Source: Vicinamibacterales bacterium
Lineage (GTDB): Bacteria > Acidobacteriota > Vicinamibacteria > Vicinamibacterales > UBA8438
Assembly (NCBI GenBank): GCA_965200475.1
Contig: CBDAUL010000009.1
Location: 53,893-117,892, forward strand
Length of the DNA stretch: 64,000 bases
Direction: 5' to 3'
Below are positions 55,850-63,521 of this stretch, one piece after another (position 1 is the first letter of the stretch; each line of letters begins with the position of its first letter). The notes beneath the pieces are model-generated. The model made no database searches and was not told where the DNA came from. It was given only the letters and a program-made list of their open reading frames with translations. The position numbers and the translations under genes are program-made.

Positions 55850-55990
55850 CTCGGCCTCGTCAACCGCGTCCGCCTGATGCAACAGCGCCTCGATCTCGCC
55901 TGCCAGGCGCTCTTCCTCCTCCCGCATCCGGTCGTAGCTCATCGCCTTGCGCTTGCTCGCGTTCGCCCGCACCTTTTCACGCTCAACGTG
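55847..55990 (-). pseudogene. Fragment of an IS1182-type transposase gene
   Basis: The minus strand encodes ...EKVRANASKRKAMSYDRMREEEERLAGEIEALLHQADAVDEAEDV, a characteristic internal segment of IS1182-family transposases. No N- or C-terminal parts are present. Confidence 0.55.
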
Positions 55991-56025
55991 CTGGTGGGCG
56001 ACAAGGTCCTGCTCGTGCAGCTCCC

Positions 56026-56250
56026 GACACGGACCTGGCCCGCGAGGTCGCCGCGGAGATCCGAAACGGCAAGCGCGCCGGGCTGTCCGTGGAGTTCCGG
56101 GCGCTCCAGGATGCCGTGGTGCAGGGCGTCCGGGAGATCCGGGCGGCGCTGGTTGACGGGGCGGCCGTCGTGACGGCGCCCGCGTACGACCAGGCCCGCG
56201 CGGAGGTCCGCAGTCGGCGCCATCACCGGAAGGTGCTCACGTGGCTGTGA
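56026..56250 (+). pseudogene. C-terminal fragment of an HK97-family prohead protease
   Basis: DLAREVAAEIRNGKRAGLSVEFRALQDAVVQGVREIRAALVDGAAVVTAPAYDQARAEVRS matches the family's C-terminal pattern (G.S.gF ... r.i ... l.e.s.V..PAy..a). No N-terminal catalytic part is present. Confidence 0.5.
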
Positions 56251-56472
56251 CCCTGGGCGTTGCCGGCGGGCCGGCTGTCCGCGAGGTCCGCGGCGACTAC
56301 ACAGACGCGGTGCTCGGGGCCTACATCGCCGCGGCGACCGGGGCCGGCGTGCGAGCTGCTGCGTGGCAGGATTCGGATTCACTGCGTAAGCGCAGTGTAT
56401 ACAGCTACTTGTGGAATGTCGGGTTGCGGTTGTCCCACGTCAGGTACCACAGAGCGACGGCAACCTTTCCGT

Positions 56473-56700
56473 TCACTCGGCCTCGCGAGTCTGGACAATG
56501 CCCAAGCTTGGGCGCTCTGCCACGCGCAGTCGTTCATCGAGTCGAACGTGATCCTCGTGTAGTCGGTTCAGGTCACCGCGAACGTCGTCGATCCGCTTGT
56601 AAACGCCGGTCACGAGCGCGTACATGAATGCGGCCAGCGCGGTGCCCACCGTGATCACCGTGCCGATGATCCACACCGCCTCGGGACTCATGCCCCTCAT
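56473..56700 (-). CDS. Small membrane protein (one TM plus coiled coil), island-borne
   Basis: 75 aa. AVWIIGTVITVGTALAAFMYALV then a charged helix. Plausible but unsupported by any family. Confidence 0.4.
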   Translation of the reverse strand: MRGMSPEAVWIIGTVITVGTALAAFMYALVTGVYKRIDDVRGDLNRLHEDHVRLDERLRVAERPSLGIVQTREAE

Positions 56701-56816
56701 CCTACAGCACGCGCCGTGGGGAGAGTGCGGCCCGGCCGGTCAACGGGGTTGCCGAGACCCCTCGCGGCCGGGCCTGTCGCCGCGCGGAGGTTGAGGGGCC
56801 CGCGCGCGAGTCTCGG

Positions 56817-56954
56817 TCAGGCGCCGATGGTGCCGGTCATGACGGCCAGCGCATCCACGAGGGCCGCCCGGCGCTGCGGCAGCACCGGCGCGTCGTCCAG
56901 GTCCGCCGTCACCGGCTGCAGGATGGTCAGGCGCAGGTGGGCCGTATCCGGCAT
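56817..56954 (-). pseudogene. Short ORF resembling the N-terminus of a gp6-like head-tail connector
   Basis: MPDTAHLRLTILQPVTADLDDAPVLPQRRAALVDALAVMTG resembles the Phage_connect_1 pattern (K.HLR....dD.li...i.aA...ve..TG). Only 45 codons. Confidence 0.35.
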
Positions 56955-57253
56955 CGCGTTCCCATCGGCATACTCCGGCTGCGGCTGAGTTGCGTCGAGA
57001 GCGACCACGAACCCACCTTGACGTGCCGAGCCGCCTCCGCGGACAGGACGCCGGCCGACAAGGCGTCCTCGGGCACGACGTCCTCGCCGTACTTCAGCCC
57101 CATACGGGCCGCGAGCTCGCGCGCCAAGTCGATCGCCGGCGCCATGGCGATGCCGTCCTGCACGAACATCTCGACGGGCAGCGCGGCGAGGCCGTCGCGG
57201 CGCCGCGTCCATGCGCCAGCCCGGAACGTCACCCGAGCGACCGTCAGCGCCAT
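56927..57253 (-). CDS. Hypothetical phage-remnant ORF downstream of the portal fragment
   Basis: 108 aa, starts 2 nt after the portal stop. No family recognised. The last ~25 aa look off-frame. Confidence 0.35.
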   Translation of the reverse strand: MALTVARVTFRAGAWTRRRDGLAALPVEMFVQDGIAMAPAIDLARELAARMGLKYGEDVVPEDALSAGVLSAEAARHVKVGSWSLSTQLSRSRSMPMGTRCRIRPTCA

Positions 57254-57254
57254 G

Positions 57255-58179
57255 TCAGTCCCACCCGAGCAGGTCGGCGGCCTGCTCGTTCGTGTAGCCG
57301 GCCTCGGTCAGCACGTGCAGCGCCCGGGCCCGGCCGTCCGCGTCGATACCGCCCATGCGCCGGAGCTTGATAGACACGCCGACCTCGAGCACGCGCGACA
57401 GCTCCGCCTCGAGCATGCGGGCGATCGGCTCGACGGTCCCGACCGTGAACCGTCGCCACGCCTCGCGGGCGGCCGGCCCGGCACTGGCGGGGTTGACGAG
57501 TTGCGCGGGCACGCGGCAGCACTCCGCGGCCTCGGCCATCAGGTGCGCGTAAAGCTTCACGGCCGATTCCGGAGCGTTCCAGCCGACGGCCTCGGCCCGC
57601 CAGTCGCGGGTAGGCGCGCTGGTGCGGCCGGCGCCGCCCCCGGCCGCCGTCGTCTCCGGCATCGCGATGCGGCCCGGCAGCCCCCCGGTCAGCCCCGCGC
57701 GCAGCTGGTCGACAAGCGCCTGCCCCGTGCCCTGCGGCTGCGCGAACACGCGCGCCACGATCACCGCGGCCTCGTCGCCCAACTGGCCCGACAGCCGCGC
57801 GTACAGCTCACCGCTCGCGGCGGCCCGCGACAGCGGCGCGATGCCTTCCCACGGCCGGTAGCTGTCCGCGTTCAGCCGGACGTTGACGACCTCGGCCGCG
57901 ACGGCCGGCACGGTCAGCGCCTCCGAAGGACCGCCCAGGTGGAGCGAGTAGCGCCAGGTGTCCGGGTCGGCCGCGCCGGTCACGACGGACGCCACGGCGC
58001 CCGCCCGCAGAATCCGGGCCCGGCCCGTCTGGTCGACGCGCAGCAGCCCCAGGAACCGGCCGGCGCGCACCAGGTCAGTCCCGATGCCATCGAGTAGATG
58101 CGGGTCGACGGCGCCCCCGTCGCCCTCGACGGTGGCCGTCGCGAGCGCCCGGCCGAGCGTCGAGGCGGCGATCTGCACG
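57255..58179 (-). pseudogene. HK97-family phage portal protein, N-terminally truncated at att copy 2
   Basis: About 305 codons. The C-terminal FTVGTVEPIARMLEAELSRVLEVGVSIKLRRMGGIDADGRARALHVLTEAGYTNEQAADLLGWD fits the Phage_portal pattern. The listed ORF continues to 58271 only by reading through the att repeat. Confidence 0.6.
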
Positions 58180-58250
58180 CCTGCCACGCGCGCCAACACC
58201 CATCCCCGCCGGTCCGAGAGACTCCCGAATTGTCCTATGAATGCTGGACG
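58180..58250 (+). repeat. att-like repeat copy 2
   Basis: Exact 17-mer of the tRNA-Arg 3' end, followed by GGTCCGAGAGACTCCCGAATTGTCCTATGAATGCTGGACG. The copy-1 counterpart is AGTCCGAGAAACTCTCAAAATTGCCCCATGAACACTGGACG. Confidence 0.8.
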
Positions 58251-58451
58251 GCGCAGATCGCGGCCGGCCACTTCACCAACGACAGCGAGTACATCCGGGA
58301 TCTGATTCGGCGCGACCGTGAGCGCGGCGCCAAGTTCGAGGCGCTTCAGGCCGCGGTGCGCGAAGGTCTCGACAGCGGGCCGAGCCGCAAGACGGTGCCG
58401 TCCATCATGGAGGAAGTCGAAGCCCGGCTGCGCGGCGATGGGCGCCTATAG
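58230..58451 (+). CDS. parD: ParD-family antitoxin, apparently lacking the N-terminal beta-strand
   Basis: 73 aa if TTG 58230 is the start. WTAQIAAGHFTNDSEYIRDLIRRDRE...FEALQAAVREGLDSG is typical of ParD. The usual M..mnvsLp leader is replaced by att-repeat sequence. Confidence 0.6.
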   Translation: MSYECWTAQIAAGHFTNDSEYIRDLIRRDRERGAKFEALQAAVREGLDSGPSRKTVPSIMEEVEARLRGDGRL

Positions 58452-58725
58452 GCTCTCGCGGAGGGCAACCGCCGACGTTGAGGACATCTACACCTACACG
58501 ATAGAACAGCATGGCTTGGCGCCGGCTCGGAAGTACCTGGACGGCCTGCATGCCTGCTTCGAACATCTCGTGGAGCACCCGATGCTCGGTCGCCGCGCCG
58601 ACCGGATCGCGCCCGGTGTGCGGCGGCACGAGTGCCAGTCTCATGTCGTCTTCGCCTGCCTGATGCGTCAACGGTCGTCTTCGCCATACGCCGATGGATT
58701 CAACCGACCTGTTGGCCGCGGTTGA
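58438..58725 (+). CDS. parE: ParE-family toxin, probably frameshifted near the C-terminus
   Basis: 95 aa. MGAYRLSRRATADVEDIYTYTIEQHG...QSHVVF aligns with ParE. After SHVVF the annotated frame loses similarity, while RLRHTPMD (58676-58699) lies in the +1 frame. Confidence 0.6.
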   Translation: MGAYRLSRRATADVEDIYTYTIEQHGLAPARKYLDGLHACFEHLVEHPMLGRRADRIAPGVRRHECQSHVVFACLMRQRSSSPYADGFNRPVGRG

Positions 58726-59107
58726 TGTGCGCCAACGCTGCCGTCGCAAGGAAACCCGAACGGGTGGTTCCGGCGAGCCTGGCAGCCTCGTCGATGCGTT
58801 CCAGCGTGCGGCGCTCCATCGAGATGTTCAGCCGGACCGTCTCGCGGAGCGCCTCCAGTTCGGCAAGGTCAATCTTGACGACGCCGATCATCTGACCAGG
58901 GCCGAGCGGAGGTACCATGCTGTCCGGCTCCGGGAGGGGCTTTCCATCCTCAACCATCACCTCGAGGTGGCCAAGGATTGCCTCGCCAGCGTTGGTGAGC
59001 GCTTCTTCCAGGGTGTCCCCAGCCGACACGCAGCCCGGCAGGTCCGGCACGGTGACGCCATAGTCGGTGCGATCCGTTTCGGTGTGTAGGACTACAAGAA
59101 ACTGCAC
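58700..59107 (-). CDS. hicB: HicB-family antitoxin
   Basis: 135 aa. DYGVTVPDLPGCVSAGDTLEEAL (HicB/UPF0150 fold) plus a C-terminal RHH-like RRTLERIDEAARLAGTTRSGFL. Confidence 0.85.
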   Translation of the reverse strand: MQFLVVLHTETDRTDYGVTVPDLPGCVSAGDTLEEALTNAGEAILGHLEVMVEDGKPLPEPDSMVPPLGPGQMIGVVKIDLAELEALRETVRLNISMERRTLERIDEAARLAGTTRSGFLATAALAHINRGQQVG

Positions 59108-59329
59108 TTACCGATCCCTCCACTTCCAGCCTGCCTGGCGGTAGATTTCCCGGAGCGTGCCAAGCATGATGTCTCGACGCGGGTGCGGCACCGTCACGAT
59201 GCCAGGCCTAGTCGGGTGGGTGAAGTGATGGTGGCTGCCCTTCGCCCGCCGCAGCACCCAGCCGGCTCGCCGGAGCCGCTTGATGACTGCGGCACTGTTG
59301 ATGTGTAAATAATACACACCGGGTCGCAT
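59108..59329 (-). CDS. hicA: HicA-family mRNA interferase toxin
   Basis: 73 aa from ATG 59329 (69 from GTG 59317). VIKRLRRAGWVLRRAKGSHHHFTHPTRPGIVTVPHPRRDI. Abuts hicB. Confidence 0.82.
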   Translation of the reverse strand: MRPGVYYLHINSAAVIKRLRRAGWVLRRAKGSHHHFTHPTRPGIVTVPHPRRDIMLGTLREIYRQAGWKWRDR

Positions 59330-59458
59330 GTCAACCGGCTGGGGCGCGTTGGGTCGGTGTTGACGGCGCGGTGGAGCGGCGTCCGGACGGCGGTCGGGGA
59401 CGGATGCGCACCGTACCAGGCTGATCCCCACCTGATCCCGGACGCACGCAGCCGCGAT

Positions 59459-59490
59459 CGCGCGCCGGCACGCCGGCTGCTGTCAGTCCG
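59459..59490 (+). repeat. Possible third, degenerate att-like copy at the island's right edge
   Basis: CGCGCGCC-N17-CAGTCCG, compared with CGCGCGCC-N16-(C/G)AGTCCG / GGTCCG in copies 1 and 2. The match is short and GC-rich, so this is weak. Confidence 0.3.
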
Positions 59491-59547
59491 CGGCAACCTC
59501 CAGCTACAATAGGCGTGACTCGGGGGACCTTCCACAGGAGGAGGCAC

Positions 59548-60588
59548 GTGCAGATCCGAACACGCACACTGGTGTGGCTCACGGCGGCCCTCGTCGCAAC
59601 TGCGGCCGGCATGCCGGCCGCCGCGATCGCGCAGGGACAGCAGGCCGACGGCGACCCGCGGGAGACGCCGCGGACGCCGTGGGGCGACCCTGATCTTCAG
59701 GGCATCTGGGATTACTGGACGTTCACGCCGCTCGAGCGGCCCGCCGAGCTGGAGGGCCGGGACGTCCTGAGCGACGAGGAGGCGGCAGCCGTCGGCGAGG
59801 AGGGGAGGCAGGCCGCCCTGGCGCGGGATCGCGACGGCCCGGCGCCCGGCAACCCCGGGGGCTACGGCCAGGAGGTCTGGACTGACCGCGCGCGGGCGAC
59901 GGCCCTGACCCAGACATCGTTGATCGTCGATCCGCCGTCGGGCAGAATACCGGCGTTGACGGCGTCCGAGGAGCGCCGCGTGGCCCGGCACCGTGCGGCT
60001 GGCGGACGCCCGGTGCGGACGCGCGCCGGCGGCATCGGCAGCGACGGCCCGGAGGACCGCGGGCTCGCCGAGCGCTGCATCGTGGGCTTCAGCACCGGTC
60101 CCCCGATGCTGCCGGCCGGCTACAACAACAACGTGCAGGTGCTGCAGGCGCCGGGCTACGTGGTGCTCGTCGCCGAGATGATCCACGACGTGCGCGTCGT
60201 GCCGCTCGACGGAAGGCCGCACCTGCCGCCGCACATGCGGCAGTGGCTGGGCGACTCGCGCGGCTACTGGGACGGCGACACCCTGGTGGTGGAGACCACC
60301 AACTTCACCGACAAGATCGGCAGCTTCAGCACGACCAGCGTCTCGTGGGGCACGGGCGGCAACCTGCACCTCACCGAGCGCTTCACGCGCGTCGACGACG
60401 GCACGCTGCAGTACGAGTTCACGGTGGACAACCCGACGATCTTCACGCGCCCGTTCACGGCGCGCTATCCCATGAATCGCAGCGAGCTGCCGCTCTACGA
60501 GTACGCGTGCCACGAGGGCAACTACGGGCTGTGGAACATCCTGACGGGCGCGCGCGCGGAAGATCGGAACATGACAACGGGGAAGTAG
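59548..60588 (+). CDS. Hypothetical exported protein
   Basis: 346 aa from GTG 59548, with AGGAGGAGG upstream and TACAAT at 59505-59510. Signal peptide LVWLTAALVATAAGMPAAAIA. Conserved-looking WDYWTFTPLERP and EYACHEGN, but no family recognised. Confidence 0.7.
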   Translation: MQIRTRTLVWLTAALVATAAGMPAAAIAQGQQADGDPRETPRTPWGDPDLQGIWDYWTFTPLERPAELEGRDVLSDEEAAAVGEEGRQAALARDRDGPAPGNPGGYGQEVWTDRARATALTQTSLIVDPPSGRIPALTASEERRVARHRAAGGRPVRTRAGGIGSDGPEDRGLAERCIVGFSTGPPMLPAGYNNNVQVLQAPGYVVLVAEMIHDVRVVPLDGRPHLPPHMRQWLGDSRGYWDGDTLVVETTNFTDKIGSFSTTSVSWGTGGNLHLTERFTRVDDGTLQYEFTVDNPTIFTRPFTARYPMNRSELPLYEYACHEGNYGLWNILTGARAEDRNMTTGK

Positions 60589-60594
60589 CAGGAA

Positions 60595-61311
60595 GTGCGC
60601 AGAGAAGAACGGCACCACCTGAAGGAAAACCCGCTGGCCACGGGGCTCGCGGAATTCCAGGTTGTCCTGTATCGCCACGGCCGGACGCTGGCCGTGGCGG
60701 TCGTCCTGGTGCTGGCCGGCGCGCTGGGCGCCGGCGGCTACTTCTGGTGGCAGCAACAACGGGTCGATAGGGCCGGGGCGCAACTGGCCGAAGCCCTCCT
60801 CGTGCTGGACGGCGACGTTGCGGCCCCGGATCCGGGCACGGAGGACGCCGCCGGCGGCGAGTCCGAGGACGCGAAGCTGGGGGCCGCGGTGGAGCGGCTC
60901 CTGGCCGTCGCCGACGCCTATCCGGGCCTGCGTCCGGGCATCACGGCGCGCTACGAGGCCGCCGTCGCGCTGGTCGGACTGGGGCGGCCGGACGAGGCCG
61001 CGGAGCACTACCGGCAGGTGATCGCCGCGGCCGCCGGCCAGCTCCACGGCACGATGGCCCGCCTGGGGCTGGCCGAGACGCATGTGCTCCGCGGCGACTA
61101 CGACGGCGCCGTCGAGCTGCTGCAGCGGGAGACCGAAGCGGAGGAGTCCGACGTCCCGGTGGACGCCGTGCTGATGCGCCTCGGGCGCGCCTACGAGCTG
61201 GCCGGCCAGGACGCCGATGCGCTGGCCACCTTCACGCGGGTGGTCGAGGAGTTTCCGTTTTCCGTGTACTCGTCCGAGGCGCGGCGGAAGGCCGACGCGC
61301 TCGGCGGGTAG
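60595..61311 (+). CDS. Membrane-anchored TPR-like protein (YfgM-like)
   Basis: 238 aa. GTG start. N-terminal TM (LAVAVVLVLAGALGAGGYFWW) then TPR-like helices. Confidence 0.7.
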   Translation: MRREERHHLKENPLATGLAEFQVVLYRHGRTLAVAVVLVLAGALGAGGYFWWQQQRVDRAGAQLAEALLVLDGDVAAPDPGTEDAAGGESEDAKLGAAVERLLAVADAYPGLRPGITARYEAAVALVGLGRPDEAAEHYRQVIAAAAGQLHGTMARLGLAETHVLRGDYDGAVELLQRETEAEESDVPVDAVLMRLGRAYELAGQDADALATFTRVVEEFPFSVYSSEARRKADALGG

Positions 61312-61324
61312 CGCTCGCTGGCAG

Positions 61325-62272
61325 ATGGGCGCGGCGGCGTCTCTCGCGCGGTTCGAGCCCGCCTCGGAGCGCTTTTCGGTCGGGCTGGTCCAGATGCGTT
61401 GCGGCCGCGATCCGGCGTGCAATCGCGCGGCGGCTCTCGACGGCATTCGCGCAGCGGCCGGCCGGGGCGCCGAAGTCGTCTGCCTGCAGGAGCTCTTCGC
61501 GTCACCCTACTTCTGCCAGTCGGAGGACGCGCGCTGCTTCGACCTGGCCGAGGGGATTCCCGGTCCGTCGACGGCGCGGTGCGCGGAGCTGGCGCGCGAG
61601 CTCGGCGTCGCCATCGTGGTGCCGGTCTTCGAACGGCGGGCGGCCGGGCTCTACCACAACACGGCGGCGGTCATCGACGCGACGGGGGAGCTGCTCGGCC
61701 TCTACCGCAAGCTGCACGTTCCCGACGATCCCCAGTATTTCGAGAAGTTCTACTTCGCCCCCGGCGATCTGGGCTATCGCGTGTTCGACACGCGCGCCGC
61801 ACGGATCGGCGTGCTGATCTGCTGGGACCAGTGGTATCCGGAAGCCGCCCGGCTGACCGCCCTGCAGGGCGCCGAGATCATCTTCTATCCGAGCGCCATC
61901 GGCTGGCTGCCCGCGGAGCGGTCGACCCAGGGACCCCTGCAGCACGATGCCTGGCGCACGATGCACCGCAGCCACGCAATCGCCAACGGCGTCTACGTCG
62001 CGGCGGTCAACCGGGTCGGGCACGAGGGCCACGGCCAGAGCGGGCTCGACTTCTGGGGCCGGTCGTTCGTGTGCGACCCCCGCGGCCAGGTGCTGGCCGA
62101 GGCCGCGGGCTCGGACAGCGAGGTGCTGGTGGCCGAGTGCAGCCGCACGGTCCTGGAGGATCAGCGGCGCGGCTGGCCGTTCCTGCGCGACCGGCGGATC
62201 GATACCTATGCGCCCATCGGCCGCCGCTTCCTGGACGCTGCGGCGGGACGTACGGATCCGGATCGCGGATGA
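61325..62272 (+). CDS. aguB: N-carbamoylputrescine amidase (nitrilase superfamily)
   Basis: 315 aa from ATG 61325. VCLQELF, YRKLHVPD, LICWDQWYPE (catalytic Cys context). Confidence 0.88.
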   Translation: MGAAASLARFEPASERFSVGLVQMRCGRDPACNRAAALDGIRAAAGRGAEVVCLQELFASPYFCQSEDARCFDLAEGIPGPSTARCAELARELGVAIVVPVFERRAAGLYHNTAAVIDATGELLGLYRKLHVPDDPQYFEKFYFAPGDLGYRVFDTRAARIGVLICWDQWYPEAARLTALQGAEIIFYPSAIGWLPAERSTQGPLQHDAWRTMHRSHAIANGVYVAAVNRVGHEGHGQSGLDFWGRSFVCDPRGQVLAEAAGSDSEVLVAECSRTVLEDQRRGWPFLRDRRIDTYAPIGRRFLDAAAGRTDPDRG

Positions 62273-63429
62273 AGACCTCCGACGCGGGCCGGCCGGCCCT
62301 GCAACCGAGCCGCGGGTCGCCTGCCGCGGCGGGCTTCCGCATGCCCGCGGAATGGGAGCGCCATCGCGCGACCTGGCTCGTCTGGCCCCACAACCGGGAA
62401 GACTGGGACGTGAAGATGCCGGCGGCGGAATGGTGCTACGTCGAGATCGTGCGCCTGCTGCTCGACGGCGAAGCCGTAGCGATCCTGTTCCATGACCGCA
62501 CCGTGGAGCGCCGGGCCTGCTCCCGGCTGCGCCGGGCGGGCGTCGACCCCGACCGGGTCGAACGCTACCGGGTCGCGACGAACCGCTCGTGGATTCGCGA
62601 CTCCGGTCCGCTGTTTCTCGTGCGCGAGGTACGCGCGCGGCGCACCCAGGTCGCGGTCTCCGACTGGCGCTTCAACGGGTGGGCTCGCTACCGCGCCTGG
62701 CAACGCGACAATCTCGTGCCCCGGCGCATCGCCCGGCAGATCGACCTGGAGCGCTTCCAAGTGACGCACACCGCCGGGTCCGTCACCCACCGGGTGGTGC
62801 TCGAGGGCGGCAGCATCGACGTCGACGGGCGCGGGTTGCTGCTGACGACCGAGGAGTGCCTGCTCGGCGCGGTGCAGGCGCGCAATCCGCATCTCGGCCG
62901 GGACGACATCGAGCAGGTGCTGTGCGATTACCTGAACGTGCGCCGCGTGCTGTGGCTGGGCCAGGGCATCGTCGGGGACGACACGCACGGGCACATCGAC
63001 GGGGTCGCAAGGTTCGTCGCGGACGGCGTGGTCGTCGCGGCGACGGAGCCGGATCCGGCTGACGAGAACCACCGGCGGCTCGCGGACAACCTCGCCCGGC
63101 TCGAACGGATGACGACTCTCGACGGCGCGCCGCTGCGCATCGTCGAGATTCCGATGCCGAGCCCCGTCTGCTTCGGGGGGGAACGGCTGCCCGCCAGCTA
63201 CGTGAACTTCTACATCGGCAACCGGCGCGTGCTGGTGCCGACGTTCAACGACCCCCGCGACCGGGTTGCCCTCGACCGTCTCGCGCCCCTGTTCCCGGGC
63301 CGGGAGGTCGTCGGCGTCCATGCGCTGGATCTCGTCCTCGGTCTCGGCACGCTGCACTGCGTGACGCAGCCGGAGCCGGCCGGTCCGGAGCAGGGGTGGA
63401 CGATGCCCGGCGTCGCCTCGGGATCGTGA
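62269..63429 (+). CDS. aguA: Agmatine deiminase
   Basis: 386 aa. FRMPAEWERH, WIRDSGP, HIDGVARF, catalytic Cys in GTLHCVTQ. ATGA overlap with aguB. Confidence 0.9.
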   Translation: MKTSDAGRPALQPSRGSPAAAGFRMPAEWERHRATWLVWPHNREDWDVKMPAAEWCYVEIVRLLLDGEAVAILFHDRTVERRACSRLRRAGVDPDRVERYRVATNRSWIRDSGPLFLVREVRARRTQVAVSDWRFNGWARYRAWQRDNLVPRRIARQIDLERFQVTHTAGSVTHRVVLEGGSIDVDGRGLLLTTEECLLGAVQARNPHLGRDDIEQVLCDYLNVRRVLWLGQGIVGDDTHGHIDGVARFVADGVVVAATEPDPADENHRRLADNLARLERMTTLDGAPLRIVEIPMPSPVCFGGERLPASYVNFYIGNRRVLVPTFNDPRDRVALDRLAPLFPGREVVGVHALDLVLGLGTLHCVTQPEPAGPEQGWTMPGVASGS

Positions 63430-63521
63430 CGCGCCGGGGGCTCCCGCGTCACGCGCTTCGATATGGAAATCCCCGTGCCGGAGGGGTACACTGGGCGGGT
63501 TCGGGTTCTCCAGGAGGCAAG

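Larger units (their letters stand above)
55349..59490. mobile_element. Decayed composite integrative island at tRNA-Arg (two tandem segments, no integrase left)
   Basis: Bounded and subdivided by repeats of the tRNA 3' end (see the repeat features). Contents are TA genes, an IS fragment and HK97-type head-gene fragments. Contains patches of visibly lower GC. Confidence 0.65.

Noticed and set aside
56241-56627. The ORF following the protease fragment (MAVTLGVAGGPAVREVRGDYTDAVLG...), considered as the start of a major capsid gene.
   Set aside because: It has no resemblance to HK97-type capsid or delta-domain sequence. Beyond ~40 codons it runs antisense to the small TM ORF through a low-GC patch, so there is insufficient support.
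63426-63452. The hairpin GTGACGCG-n11-CGCGTCAC overlapping the aguA stop, considered as an intrinsic terminator.
   Set aside because: No U-tract follows it, and the stem includes the stop codon. It is plausible but not distinguishable from fortuitous GC-rich pairing. More generally, no canonical hairpin-plus-U-tract terminators were seen anywhere in the window.
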